From: Candidatus Thermosaccharophagus tengchongensis
GTDB taxonomy: Bacteria; Armatimonadota; Fervidibacteria; Fervidibacterales; Thermosaccharophagaceae
NCBI GenBank assembly: GCA_032161105.1
Contig: JAVHTD010000003.1
Strand: one strand, 5' to 3'
Length of the DNA stretch: 64,000 bases
Shown one piece after another: positions 42,019 through 51,721 of the stretch; position 1 is the first letter of the stretch, and each line of letters opens with the position of its first letter. The position numbers and the translations under genes were made by a program. The notes under the pieces were generated by a model, which worked only from the letters and a program-made list of their open reading frames with translations, made no database searches and was not told the DNA's origin.

Positions 42019-42801
42019 ATGATGCGCCTGTGCTTCATCACTAATGGCAGCGAGGATGATTTGAAGTTTGCCTCCGATGAGGGCATACCGCTCGTTGAGA
42101 TAACCATCCACGACAACCTTGACTGGTGGGAGGGGCGTTCCGAGGAGTATTTGGAGATGTGCCATCGCTATGGCGTTCAAGTTGCCGCTGTCGGCTTGTG
42201 GGGAAGAAACTACCTCAGCGACGATGGCGGTGAAAGGGAAAAGTGCCTTTCAGAACTTGAGCGCGCAATTGAGCTTTCACGGAAGCTTAACGCCAGCGTG
42301 TTCATAACTGGTGGCGGCATAAACCACAGGGAGACGATACGGCAGATGGCGATGCGCGCAAGCGAGCTGCTTGCGCCATTCGTTGAACGAGCTAACGAAT
42401 ATGGAATCAAATTCGCCTTCTACAACTGCCACTGGGCAAATCACATCATTGGGAGCGAGGCTTGGGATATCATCTTTGAGCGCTTGCCTACTGCGGGAAT
42501 AAAATACGACCCATCGCACCCATTCTACGATGGCGTGGACTATTTGCGCGAGTTGCGCGATTATGGTGGGCGCGTCTTCCATGTGCATGCAAAGGGATGC
42601 GTGAAGATAGGCGATGAGCGATTTGACGACCCGCCAGCCGGCATGGACCAGATTGATTGGAGAAGCATTTTTGCCATCCTTTACAAGCATGACTACAACG
42701 GCGCAGTGTCAATAGAACCGCACAGTGAGACATGGCTCGGTGAACGATACTACGCCGGCATAAGATTTGCGAAGCGCTTTTTGGAGCAGTTCATAGTTTG
42801 A
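42019..42801 (+). CDS. Sugar-phosphate isomerase/epimerase (TIM barrel)
   Basis: YDPSH, HVHAKG, IDW, SIEPH. Confidence 0.8.
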   Translation: MMRLCFITNGSEDDLKFASDEGIPLVEITIHDNLDWWEGRSEEYLEMCHRYGVQVAAVGLWGRNYLSDDGGEREKCLSELERAIELSRKLNASVFITGGGINHRETIRQMAMRASELLAPFVERANEYGIKFAFYNCHWANHIIGSEAWDIIFERLPTAGIKYDPSHPFYDGVDYLRELRDYGGRVFHVHAKGCVKIGDERFDDPPAGMDQIDWRSIFAILYKHDYNGAVSIEPHSETWLGERYYAGIRFAKRFLEQFIV

Positions 42802-43006
42802 GTGCGTGGGAGCCATCATGTGAGGGCAGCCGCGCGAAAAAGCGCCCAAGAAATCGGATGGATTTTTTATCCGCCTGAGGTTTGGCAACTTTTGCACAGT
42901 CCATGCGGTCGGAAATGCCTGCAACACCCGTAGCGCTATAAATCCGATTTGCGCTGTGAGTTGGCTCACGCTCAAGCCGCAAGATGTGGTTATGGGGGTG
43001 AGCAGT

Positions 43007-43489
43007 ATGCCGACAGTGCTCGTCATCTACTACAGCCGGACTGGTAACACTCAGGCGATGGCTGAGGCAGTTGCCGAGGGCGCAAAAAGCGTGCCCGGCG
43101 TCAAAGTTGAACTTAAGCGTGTTGAGGAATGCACTGTTGAAGACCTGCTTAATGCTGATGGGATAATCATTGGCTCACCAACTTACTACGGATTGCCGGC
43201 AAGCGAAATAAAGCGCCTGTTTGATGAGAGCGTCCGCTATCATGGGCAGCTTGAGGGCAAAGTCGGAGGGGCATTTTCCTCATCGGCTAATGTCGGTGGT
43301 GGCAACGAGACAGCCATACTGGGCATTTTGCAGATGATGCTCATTCACGGCATGATTGTTCAAGGTGCCGTGCAAGGCGATCATTACGGGCCGGTGAGCG
43401 TCGGTTATCCAGATGCGCGCTCAAAATCACAGTGCTTTGCCCTGGGTGAACGAGTTGCGAAGCTCGTGCTCAAGTTGCACGGTGAATAA
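43007..43489 (+). CDS. WrbA-like flavodoxin / NAD(P)H:quinone oxidoreductase
   Basis: YYSRTGNT..MAEAVAEG, GSPTYYG, GKVGGAFSS, GGGNET. Confidence 0.88.
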   Translation: MPTVLVIYYSRTGNTQAMAEAVAEGAKSVPGVKVELKRVEECTVEDLLNADGIIIGSPTYYGLPASEIKRLFDESVRYHGQLEGKVGGAFSSSANVGGGNETAILGILQMMLIHGMIVQGAVQGDHYGPVSVGYPDARSKSQCFALGERVAKLVLKLHGE

Positions 43490-43513
43490 GCCTTAAGCTG
43501 CATTGATGACCTC

Positions 43514-44059
43514 TTGGGTGACAAATGGATGCGCTATATCGGAGCGGCAATTGGGTCGGCATCAATTGTTGTTGCGAGCGTAATAGTTGGGCTTGCAGTG
43601 AACGCTATTCGCCCGGATGGCATACCGCTGCGCTACAGCGAACTTGAAAGGTTGCTCAGGACGCGCGAGAACCAGCCATGGCTTGAGCGTCTCCCAAAGG
43701 GTGTTGAGGTGATTGAGTTTAAGCGTGCATGGATGCTTTTCATCTCCCGCCGCGCAATATTTGTTGATGCGCGCCCAGCCAGCGATTATGTGAAGGGTCA
43801 CATACCTGATGCTATCAATTTGCCAGCTGCAGAAAAGGAGTTTGAGGCTTCATTTAAAGCTGCGAAGGGCAAGCTCCCAAAGGATGCAAACATTGTCGTA
43901 TATTGTGCCGGCGGCTCATGACCACATAGCGTATCGGTCGCGGAGCGGCTGGCAAAGCTGGGTTACAAAAAGTTGCTCGTGATGCCCGGCGGATGGGGTG
44001 AGTGGGTCTCGCACAAATGCCCAATTGAGCGGTCGGAGAAAAGCAAAGGGACCAAATGA
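43514..44059 (+). CDS. Membrane-anchored rhodanese-domain selenoprotein (Sec at TGA 43919-43921)
   Basis: FVDARP..Y..GHIP.AIN, then VYCAGGS-TGA-PHSVSVAERLAKLGYKKLLVMPGGWGEW completes the fold; hairpin downstream; selB in window. Confidence 0.85.
43922..43963 (+). other. Putative bacterial SECIS element
   Basis: Upper stem CGGTCGC/GCGGCTG (43935-43951) with GGA loop 20 nt after UGA; lower pairing TAGC/GCTG. Confidence 0.65.
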
Positions 44060-44085
44060 AGCGTATATTCCAGCGGGTGATTTAG

Positions 44086-44604
44086 ATGGTGCGTTGGCGT
44101 TGGTGGAAAGTGATGTGCTTCATCTTGCGCATTGGGTTGGGCGGCATATTCGTCTTTGCGAGCCTGGGAAAGATAGTTGATGACCCGCTGATCTTCGTTA
44201 GCGTGGTTGAGAGTTACAAAGTGCTCCCAAAGGCTCTTATCCCGCTCTTTTCCGTTGTGCTGCCTTGGGTTGAATTCATCGCCGGCACCCTGCTCATAAT
44301 TGGCTATGCTGTGGAGAGCGCTGCAGCGGTCATAGCATTGATGCTCGTTGCATTCATCTTCGGCATCGTCATAAATCTGTTTCGCGGTGTTGAGATGGCG
44401 TGTGGCTGTTTTGGGTTCATTGAAGGGGGTGATAAAATCGGCTGGTATACCGTGGTGAGAGATCTCGCCATGCTCCTCAGCGCTGTGTTGCTGGTGTTCG
44501 CCAATGTCCCGTTTGCTTCGCTTGAGAGTGCCTTCTCAAAGATGCGCCAACGGGACAACAAAGGCGAGGTGATGTGCAATGCGGATGAGCGAGCGAATGA
44601 ATAG
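44086..44604 (+). CDS. MauE/DoxX family membrane protein
   Basis: LRIGLGGIF..ASLGKI, LPWVEF, CGCFG, RDL. Confidence 0.85.
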   Translation: MVRWRWWKVMCFILRIGLGGIFVFASLGKIVDDPLIFVSVVESYKVLPKALIPLFSVVLPWVEFIAGTLLIIGYAVESAAAVIALMLVAFIFGIVINLFRGVEMACGCFGFIEGGDKIGWYTVVRDLAMLLSAVLLVFANVPFASLESAFSKMRQRDNKGEVMCNADERANE

Positions 44605-45457
44605 GCGTTTATTCATCGCCACCATTGCCGGTGCGGCTGCAAGCACAAGCTTGAGCAAAACCTTAATCGGCGGTGAAAGCGCACCATTCAAAAAGGCAAT
44701 ACTGCTTGGGATGTTGCCATCTGATATGCCACTTACGGACAGGCTTAAGCTCGCCAGAGATGTTGGATTTGATGGTCTTGAAGTTCCGCCAATGAGTGAG
44801 GAAGATGCAAAGAGGCTGCGTGAAGCCGCTGACAATGTCGGGATTGAGTTGCACTCAGTCATCTATGGCGGTTGGCATGCGCCGCTTTCAAGCCCCGATG
44901 AGAAGGTGATTGAGAACGGCTTGAACGGGCTTAAGAGGGCACTCCACACCGCAAAAATCGTCGGCGCTGATGCGGTCTTGCTCGTTCCGGGAATAGTTAA
45001 TGCTCAAACGAGGTATTCCGAATGCTATGAGAGGAGTCAGCGCAATATTAAGCGCATAGTGCCGCTCGCTGAGGAGCTCGGCATAACGATCGCAATTGAG
45101 AATGTGTGGAACAACTTCCTCCTCAGCCCAATTGAATTCGCAAGGTATGTTGATGAGTTTGGCAGCGAGCGCGTGCGAGCTTACTTTGATGTCGGCAACA
45201 TAGTCAAGTTCGGCTTCCCCGAAGATTGGATATTGACGCTCGGAAGGAGGATAGTCAAAGTCCACCTGAAGGACTTCAAGCGCGACAAAAACGCATTTGT
45301 CATGCTCCTTGAAGGCGATGTGGATTGGAAGGCTGTAAGACAAGCATTGATTGAGGTTGGCTATAGGGGTTACTTGACAGCGGAGCTTCGTGGCGGCGAT
45401 GAGGCATATTTGCGCGATGTCAGCGCACGCATGGACAGGATAATCAAGGGAACTTGA
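44585..45457 (+). CDS. Tat-exported sugar-phosphate isomerase/epimerase family protein
   Basis: MNRRLF signal; IENVWN.FL.SP, YFDVGN, VHLKDF. Confidence 0.85.
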   Translation: MSERMNRRLFIATIAGAAASTSLSKTLIGGESAPFKKAILLGMLPSDMPLTDRLKLARDVGFDGLEVPPMSEEDAKRLREAADNVGIELHSVIYGGWHAPLSSPDEKVIENGLNGLKRALHTAKIVGADAVLLVPGIVNAQTRYSECYERSQRNIKRIVPLAEELGITIAIENVWNNFLLSPIEFARYVDEFGSERVRAYFDVGNIVKFGFPEDWILTLGRRIVKVHLKDFKRDKNAFVMLLEGDVDWKAVRQALIEVGYRGYLTAELRGGDEAYLRDVSARMDRIIKGT

Positions 45458-45628
45458 TGGGCTTAATTTGGTCACAGCAATCCCGTCTTAAAACCATGTT
45501 GCGATGCAACACCGTTGCAACATTGATGTGACATTGATACGACGAATGCTCTGCCGCGTCTGAGATATGACATTGCCGAAATCTTTGGCGCTGCACGGCT
45601 TTCATAACGCTTAAAGGGGTGAGTTTGC

Positions 45629-47899
45629 ATGCGAGAGATCAATGTCCTTCCCGACATGTCACCGGGCGAACTCACATTTGGTGTGATTCCGAAATGCAAG
45701 TGGCAGAAGCGGCTCAAGGATGTGCTCGGTGAGATGGTGACTCCACAGCTCGCTGTGGAGATGCTTGAGACGATGTTCTGGATACGCTCATTTGAGAATC
45801 TGATCGTTGAGATGCGCGATGGGAGGTTCAAACCTAAGGAGGACTTCCAATTCGTGGGCGCAACTCACCTCTCAGTTGGTCAAGAGGCAGTGGCAGTTGG
45901 AGCTATTGCAGCCATACGCCCCGATGACTACATCACGAGCACGCATCGTGGTCACGGGCATGCCATTGCAAAGGGCGCATTCGCGCTTCGCCGAATGAGT
46001 GAGGATGAGCTGAAGCGATGGCTTGGAAGGGATGTGAACGGCACAAGGGAGGAGCTGCTCTCAATTGCGCTTGAGGAACACCTGTATCGGACGGTCGCCG
46101 AGCTGTTTGGGAAGGAGGATGGCTACTGTCGCGGGCGCGGTGGCGGAATGCACATTGCTGACTTTAGGGTTGGGCATCTCGGTGCAAATGCCATAGTGGG
46201 TGGAAGCTGTGGGATAGCAGTTGGAGCTGCAATGGCTGCATGGAAACTTGGGACTGACAGAGTTGTTCTGTGCATGATAGGCGATGGCGCAACGCAAAAT
46301 GGCATCTTCCACGAGGCTGCAAACTTCGCTTGCATGGCGCAGTTCAAGCGAGGTCTACCAGTGGTGTTCGTGGTTGAGAATAACCAATATGCGATGACTG
46401 GACAGCACTATGGAGAGGTCACCGGGCTTGATTACCTTGCGAGGCGCGGCGCCGCATACGACCTCCACATGATGCATGCCGAGGTAGTCAACGGGATGGA
46501 TGTGCTTGCTGTTTACGACGCTGTCTCAAGGGCTGTTGAGTTGGCGAGGAATGGCGATGGACCAGTGCTTCTTGACTGCGAATGCTACCGCTACTATGGG
46601 CACTCGTTGAGCGACCAACGAACTAAGTATCGCACAGCCGAAGAGGAGGAGGCTTGGCGAAAGCTTGACCCAGTGGATAACTTCGCAAGGCAGGTAATTG
46701 AGGCTGGCGTGCTGACCGAGAGCGAAGTTGAGGAAATGCGCCAAAGATGCAACGAGCAGATACGGCAAGCAGCAATAAAATCTGCACATGCACCGTATCC
46801 CGATCCGGCAACGATATACGAGGGCTTGTTCTCAAACACGATGTGCGAGGAAGTGCCCGAGAAGTATCGCCATGTGAGCGTCATAAGGCGAGCAAGGAAG
46901 TTCCAGAGAGACAGCGAAGGAAAGATAATGTATCGTCACGCAGTGTGCGAGGCGCTCATGGAAGAAATGATGCGCGACAGCAGGGTCATAGTTTATGGGG
47001 AGGATGTCGCCGACTACGGCGGCGCATTTATGGTCACAGCAGGGCTGCTTGAGACATTTGGGCGAGATAGGGTCTTCAATACCCCTATAAGCGAAGCTGC
47101 GATAGTCGGAACAGCAATAGGCGCTGCTATGGTGGGCTTACGCCCAGTCGTTGAGATCATGTATATTGACTTCATCCTGCTGGCGATGGATCAAGTTGGG
47201 AACCAAGCGGCAAAGATGAAATACATGTCCGGCGGACAACCAAAGATACCACTCGTCATAAGGACGACAATTGGCGGTGGAAGGGGATACGCAGGACAGC
47301 ACTCGCAAAGCCTTGAAGCAGTCGTAACGCATTTTCCCGGGCTCAAGGTTGTAGTGCCAGCAACTGCATATGACGCGAAGGGCTTGCTCAAGACGGCAAT
47401 AAGGGATGATGACCCGGTCATCTTCATTGAGCACCAAATGCTATACACAAGCAAAGATGTTGTGCCAGAGGACGAATACCTCATACCATTTGGCGTAGCT
47501 CGCATCCATCGCGAGGGCAAGGATCTGACAATCTGCGCATGGTCAAAGATGGTTGAAGTGGCGCTTGAGGCTGCAGCGATGCTTAAGGAGCAGCATGGAA
47601 TTGAAGCCGAGGTAGTAGACCCGAGGACGCTTGTCCCATGCGATTACGAAACTATAGCTGCATCGGTGAACAAGACGGGCAGGCTGCTCCTTGTCTGCCA
47701 AGCTCCCGAAACGGGCTGCTTTGCTGAGCACATAGCGTATCAAATGCAGCGCCGCTGCTTCAGGTCGCTTAGGGCACCGATAAGGATAGTGGCAGCTCAT
47801 AATGTCCCACCACCTATGTCCCCAACGCTTGAGCGAGAGAATATACCCTCCCCGGAGAAGGTGGTTCGTAACGCACTTGAGTTGATGAGTGAAGGTTAA
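45629..47899 (+). CDS. Fused E1 alpha/beta TPP-dependent 2-oxoacid/acetoin dehydrogenase
   Basis: HLSVGQEA, STHRGHGH, GDGA..ENNQY, GEDV, NTPISE, QHSQ. Confidence 0.9.
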   Translation: MREINVLPDMSPGELTFGVIPKCKWQKRLKDVLGEMVTPQLAVEMLETMFWIRSFENLIVEMRDGRFKPKEDFQFVGATHLSVGQEAVAVGAIAAIRPDDYITSTHRGHGHAIAKGAFALRRMSEDELKRWLGRDVNGTREELLSIALEEHLYRTVAELFGKEDGYCRGRGGGMHIADFRVGHLGANAIVGGSCGIAVGAAMAAWKLGTDRVVLCMIGDGATQNGIFHEAANFACMAQFKRGLPVVFVVENNQYAMTGQHYGEVTGLDYLARRGAAYDLHMMHAEVVNGMDVLAVYDAVSRAVELARNGDGPVLLDCECYRYYGHSLSDQRTKYRTAEEEEAWRKLDPVDNFARQVIEAGVLTESEVEEMRQRCNEQIRQAAIKSAHAPYPDPATIYEGLFSNTMCEEVPEKYRHVSVIRRARKFQRDSEGKIMYRHAVCEALMEEMMRDSRVIVYGEDVADYGGAFMVTAGLLETFGRDRVFNTPISEAAIVGTAIGAAMVGLRPVVEIMYIDFILLAMDQVGNQAAKMKYMSGGQPKIPLVIRTTIGGGRGYAGQHSQSLEAVVTHFPGLKVVVPATAYDAKGLLKTAIRDDDPVIFIEHQMLYTSKDVVPEDEYLIPFGVARIHREGKDLTICAWSKMVEVALEAAAMLKEQHGIEAEVVDPRTLVPCDYETIAASVNKTGRLLLVCQAPETGCFAEHIAYQMQRRCFRSLRAPIRIVAAHNVPPPMSPTLERENIPSPEKVVRNALELMSEG

Positions 47900-47929
47900 T
47901 CCCTCATACAAACACTTGTCGGTGATGAG

Positions 47930-49183
47930 GTGGTAAGCGTGCACCAAGTTTTCACGAAGCCGATCTTCATCCTTTCATCCGTCAGGACACCGCTTGGGCG
48001 ATTTAACGGCGTGCTATCGGGGTTCAGCGCTGTTGACCTTGGCGCGATTGCCATTAGAGGCGCATGTGAGAGAGCCAATATACCGCCACAAGAGGTTGAG
48101 TTTGTGACCTTGGGCAATGTTATTGGCGCCGGCTTGGGCATGGCTCCGGCAAAGGCTGCTGCAGTTAAAGGTGGGTTGCCAGAAAGCGTTTGCGCAAGGC
48201 GCGTTGACTCGGTGTGCGCTTCATCGCTTGATGCTGTAGCCATAACCTGCGATGCAATTTGCTCAGGCGCATACGATGTGGCAATAGCCGGCGGTATGGA
48301 ATCACGCACCAATGCACCCTACCTTGTTGGACCGAGGATGGAGCGCAAAACGAGGCTGTATCAGAAGGGCGAGCGAGTTAAGGTTAAGCGGGCTGGCGCA
48401 TATACATTCATGTTCAGCGAGAATGAACTTGAACAGCTTCAAGGGACTGGCTTGGTTGATGCGACCGCATATGACGGCTTGCTATGGTTGCCGGAACGAA
48501 AGTTCATGCGCCAGTATGCAATTGAGTTCGCAAGGGAAATGGGATACACCGTTGAACTCGTTAATGAGCACGCCTCAAAGAGCCATCAGAAAGCGCGCAG
48601 GGCTGCATCAAACGGTTGGTTTGATGAAGAGATAGTCCCATGCGACAGCGTTTGGAGGGATGAACTTTTGAGTGACGAGCAACTCGCACAAATGCTTGAT
48701 GAGGCAAAGGAGGATATAGCGTCGGCATACAATACGGCTGTGCCAGTTGATGGGGCTGCTGCTTGCACGATCGCTTCCGAGGCAGCCGTTAACAGGCTTG
48801 GTGTGAAGCCATTTGCGAAAGTGCTCGGATACTCAAGGGTTGATTGCCATCCGAGCCAATTCCTAACGGCACCCGTAACAGCTGTTACGGAATTGATCGG
48901 CGCGCTTCGCAGCAGCGGCTTTGATGGCGAGTTCACCATCGTTGAAGCCAACGAGGCGTTCGGAATACAACTCCCCTACTTTGAGCAGGCGTTTGATGGG
49001 ATGGAACTCAATGTGCACGGCGGCGCAATAGCTCTCGGTCACCCATTAGGCGCTGCGGGTGTGAGGCTGCTTTGCACATTGCTGCATGCCATGAAGCGCT
49101 GGGGACACAAGTTTGGTCTTGTGACGATGTGCTTTGGGGGTGGCGGTGGGATGGCGCTTGCTGTGGAGCTTTTTGAAGCTTGA
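47930..49183 (+). CDS. Thiolase family acyl-CoA C-acyltransferase
   Basis: VCASS, GGMES, NEAF, GGAIALGHPLGA, MCFGGG. Confidence 0.9.
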   Translation: MVSVHQVFTKPIFILSSVRTPLGRFNGVLSGFSAVDLGAIAIRGACERANIPPQEVEFVTLGNVIGAGLGMAPAKAAAVKGGLPESVCARRVDSVCASSLDAVAITCDAICSGAYDVAIAGGMESRTNAPYLVGPRMERKTRLYQKGERVKVKRAGAYTFMFSENELEQLQGTGLVDATAYDGLLWLPERKFMRQYAIEFAREMGYTVELVNEHASKSHQKARRAASNGWFDEEIVPCDSVWRDELLSDEQLAQMLDEAKEDIASAYNTAVPVDGAAACTIASEAAVNRLGVKPFAKVLGYSRVDCHPSQFLTAPVTAVTELIGALRSSGFDGEFTIVEANEAFGIQLPYFEQAFDGMELNVHGGAIALGHPLGAAGVRLLCTLLHAMKRWGHKFGLVTMCFGGGGGMALAVELFEA

Positions 49184-49324
49184 AAGCCGCTAAGTTACCC
49201 GCCTGCGGGCGCACTGATGGCGCATTTGTGGATTATGAACCATAATTGATTGTGGCTGAGTCGCAAAGTTATCCCATCTCTGAGAGCGCATCAAAAATTT
49301 AAAAGCTCAGCGGGCAAGGCAACT

Positions 49325-51592
49325 ATGCAAAGGACATTAAAGGTAACCTCGCTTCAACGACTGCTCAACATCATCAGTTGGCTCTTCATTTCCATTGCTG
49401 TGGGCAGCGCAATTGGGGCATGCTGTGCTGCAGCCGTATATTACACCCTCGCCCGTGACTTGCCACAAATCTCGGAGCTCACATCAATACGCCCCTGTGA
49501 GGCTACCATCATTTACGCGTCAAATGGAGAACAACTTGCCGAAGTGTATGCAGTCAGGAGGAAGTGGGTGCCCATATCCCGCATTCCAAAATATCTCCAG
49601 CTGGCTACCATCGCAGCTGAGGACAAAAGGTTTTACACCCACCCGGGAGTGGATCCGCGCTCAGTTGTGCGCGCCCTCATAGTGAACTTAAAAGAGCGCA
49701 GGTATGCTCAAGGTGGGAGCACCATAACGCAGCAGCTCGCAAGGGGGCTCTTTCTGAGCCCGGAGAAATCGCTCAAACGCAAGTTGAAGGAGATCATCCT
49801 CGCCATCAAGATTGAAAGGGCGTTTTCAAAGCAGGAGATACTTGAGATGTATCTCAACCAAGTGTGCTATGGGCATGGCGCATACGGCGTTGAAGTCGCA
49901 TCACAGCTCTACTTTGGGAAGCATGTTTGGGAACTTAACTTGCCGCAGTGCGCATTGCTTGCGGCTCTGCCAAAGCGCCCCTCATATTACTCACCCTACG
50001 AACATCCCGGGGCTTGCAAGGCGAGGAGGGACTTCATCCTTGATAAGATGGCGGAGTTGGGCTTCATAACGAAAGAGGAAGCCGAGAAAGCAAAGCAAAC
50101 GCCAATAACCGATGGATTGGTTGACCTGAGGCAGATTGGTGTTGGGCAGGTCAAGGCACACTATTTCACCAACTTCGCCATTAAGGAACTGGTGCAGCGC
50201 TTCGGCTCTGATATGGTCTACAAGGGTGGGCTTAAGGTCTACACATCGTTGGATTTGAAGCTGCAAGGAGAGGTTGAAAAGCTGGTTGAAAGCAACCTTT
50301 GGAGGATAAAAGCTTCCGGCGCAGACCAAATCGCCATCGTATGCCTTGATATAAAGTCGGGGCAAATAATGGCGATGGTTGGCGGCGCGAACAAGTTCCG
50401 AATCGACCCGCGAACAAAGGAGCGAGTGCGCGATGATTATAACCGCGCAACTCAAGCGCCCAACCAACCCGGGTCAAGCTTCAAAGTGTATGTCTATGCG
50501 GCAGCGCTTGAGTTCGGATTTAAGCCATACAGCATCTTTAACGACTCGCGAATAACATTCGTCAGCGCCGGCGGTAAGACATGGTCACCGAGAAACTACG
50601 ATGGGGTCTACGGGCGCTCAATGACGCTCAAACAGGCTTTAGCCATGTCAAACAATGTAATCGCTGTCAAGCTGTGCAGAGCTGTCGGCGTTGACAGAGT
50701 TGTTGAATGTGCAAAGCGCATGGGCTTCAGGTTCGCCAGAGATCCATATTCGGCAAGCTACGCGCTGGCGCTCGGCGCAGTTGACGGCTACCTGCTTGAC
50801 CATACGGCTGCGACAGCATGCGTTGCGAACAAAGGGAACAGGGTTTTCCCAACAACATTGGAGAAGGTATACGATGGGCGTGGGCGATTGATTTACCAGC
50901 ATGCGCCGCGCACCATCAAAGCGCTGAGTGAGGAAGTGGCTGAGCAGCTCCTTGATATGATGATTGCCGTCGTGACATCTGGGACAGGTAGGGCTGCCGC
51001 AGTTAACGGATACCAAGTGGCGGGCAAGACCGGCACAAGCAGTGAGCTGCGCGATTTATGGTTTGTTGGCTTCAGCCCATCAATAGCGTGCGGCGTGTGG
51101 GTTGGAAGGGAGGATAACAAACCCTTGAGAAGCGGCTCCGGAGGGTCAGTATGCGCACCCATATTCTCACAGGTGATGAGGGTGGCTCTCAAATTACATC
51201 CGGGTCCGACGAGGTTTGAATTTACGGCGCTCAAGAAAGATGGGGGTAGAACGCCTCTTAGCGCGGAGCCAAAGGATGAATTCCGCAGGGTGACCATATG
51301 TGACGATAGCGGTCTAATTGCTACCCCATCGTGTCCATCAACGCACGAGGAGGTGCTTCCAAAGGAACAAGTCCCGAGGCGTGAATGCAGCCTTCACCGA
51401 ACTGACTTCGTTGATGTAGCCATATGCAAACTGTCTGGAAAGCTCGCCGGCTTTTACTGCCCGGCGGATGAAATTGTTTGGCGCAGGATGCCAGCCTCAT
51501 CAGTGCCAACCGAAATTTGCCCGGTGCATCGCCCGAGCGCAGAAACCTCAGATGCATCCGCAATCGGGGAGCACGAGCAGGCTGATAGGTGA
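49325..51592 (+). CDS. Class A penicillin-binding protein (PBP1A family)
   Basis: EDKRFY.H.G, GGSTITQQL, RKLKE; SSFK, SNN, KTG. Confidence 0.93.
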   Translation: MQRTLKVTSLQRLLNIISWLFISIAVGSAIGACCAAAVYYTLARDLPQISELTSIRPCEATIIYASNGEQLAEVYAVRRKWVPISRIPKYLQLATIAAEDKRFYTHPGVDPRSVVRALIVNLKERRYAQGGSTITQQLARGLFLSPEKSLKRKLKEIILAIKIERAFSKQEILEMYLNQVCYGHGAYGVEVASQLYFGKHVWELNLPQCALLAALPKRPSYYSPYEHPGACKARRDFILDKMAELGFITKEEAEKAKQTPITDGLVDLRQIGVGQVKAHYFTNFAIKELVQRFGSDMVYKGGLKVYTSLDLKLQGEVEKLVESNLWRIKASGADQIAIVCLDIKSGQIMAMVGGANKFRIDPRTKERVRDDYNRATQAPNQPGSSFKVYVYAAALEFGFKPYSIFNDSRITFVSAGGKTWSPRNYDGVYGRSMTLKQALAMSNNVIAVKLCRAVGVDRVVECAKRMGFRFARDPYSASYALALGAVDGYLLDHTAATACVANKGNRVFPTTLEKVYDGRGRLIYQHAPRTIKALSEEVAEQLLDMMIAVVTSGTGRAAAVNGYQVAGKTGTSSELRDLWFVGFSPSIACGVWVGREDNKPLRSGSGGSVCAPIFSQVMRVALKLHPGPTRFEFTALKKDGGRTPLSAEPKDEFRRVTICDDSGLIATPSCPSTHEEVLPKEQVPRRECSLHRTDFVDVAICKLSGKLAGFYCPADEIVWRRMPASSVPTEICPVHRPSAETSDASAIGEHEQADR

Positions 51593-51721
51593 TCCGAAAC
51601 ACATCCACTTGTGCTGCAGCTTGAACCTCAATCACATGAAGGTTTTTATGAGCACGCCTTTATCCCGCCCGCCTAAAAACATAGAAGTTGAGCTGCCCAT
51701 CGGAGCTGCGTGAATTGGAGG

